From the NCBI GenBank assembly GCA_001244265.2, contig CDLV01000012.1, positions 930,001 to 994,000 of the forward strand: a stretch of 64,000 nt of DNA. Direction: 5' to 3'. The notes below the pieces were generated by a model. The model did not search any database. It saw nothing but the letters and a program-made list of their open reading frames with translations, and was not told the origin of the DNA. The translations under genes were made by a program, and so were the position numbers. Source of the DNA: Microbotryum violaceum. Its lineage: Eukaryota. Position 1 is the stretch's first letter, and every line of letters begins with the position of its first letter. Shown here one piece after another: positions 63,641 through 64,000 of this stretch.

Positions 63641-64000
63641 TAGGGGCTCAAATCGGTGAAGTGAGCTATAGCAACTTCGCTACAGCAATATCACAGACCA
63701 CTGACAGGATTTTCTCGTCGGACTTGCATCGTCGTGATTTTCTGGGCCAATCTTGTGGTAACAGGCGCTCATCTGTTTCAACGAAAACTTTGACTTGCAA
63801 AATCGCTACTTCTGTCACAGACCGATTTGGAGCGAGCGATGCGTTGGTGGCTGTAAGGTATGCGCCTCTGATGTGCATAAAATACAATTTGTCGTTCTTA
63901 AAAGCAAGTCGTAATTAGAACTCGACAATTCTAGCTACTCAGAGACTATTTATGGGGCTGTTCTGTAAGGCATCCCCTTGCAGTCGTGATCGGACTTGTG

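Overview
Intron-rich fungal DNA, most likely a basidiomycete yeast of the Rhodotorula/Microbotryomycetes type (inferred from short GT-AG introns, GC-rich coding and gene content). Bases ~2-44 kb hold spliced housekeeping genes: bestrophin-like channel, GPN2, phosphoketolase, peroxisomal PRX5, EI24/Lds-like protein, MRI1, VPS8, an uncharacterised helical-repeat protein, BLI-3-like protein, an aquaglyceroporin with non-canonical NPA boxes, RIC8 and OSH1/2. A transposon-relic island at 31.3-36.2 kb contains a solo LTR, a MuDR fragment with an 80-bp fold-back, a long-TIR MITE and Helitron pieces. From ~44.8 kb to the end I found no recognisable host protein gene. The main signal is a ~13-kb co-oriented stack of L1/Tx1-like non-LTR retrotransposons from at least two divergent families. 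It ends with a full-length copy whose ORF1 start lies 123 bp upstream of, and head-to-head with, a tRNA-Ile(AAT) gene. Copies get shorter and more decayed away from the tRNA. This suggests TRE5-like, tRNA-gene-targeted retrotransposition in a fungus. Downstream of the tRNA are a higher-order ~140-bp satellite, an AT-rich microsatellite and a second MITE of the same family. Exon boundaries were read by eye and no database search was run.
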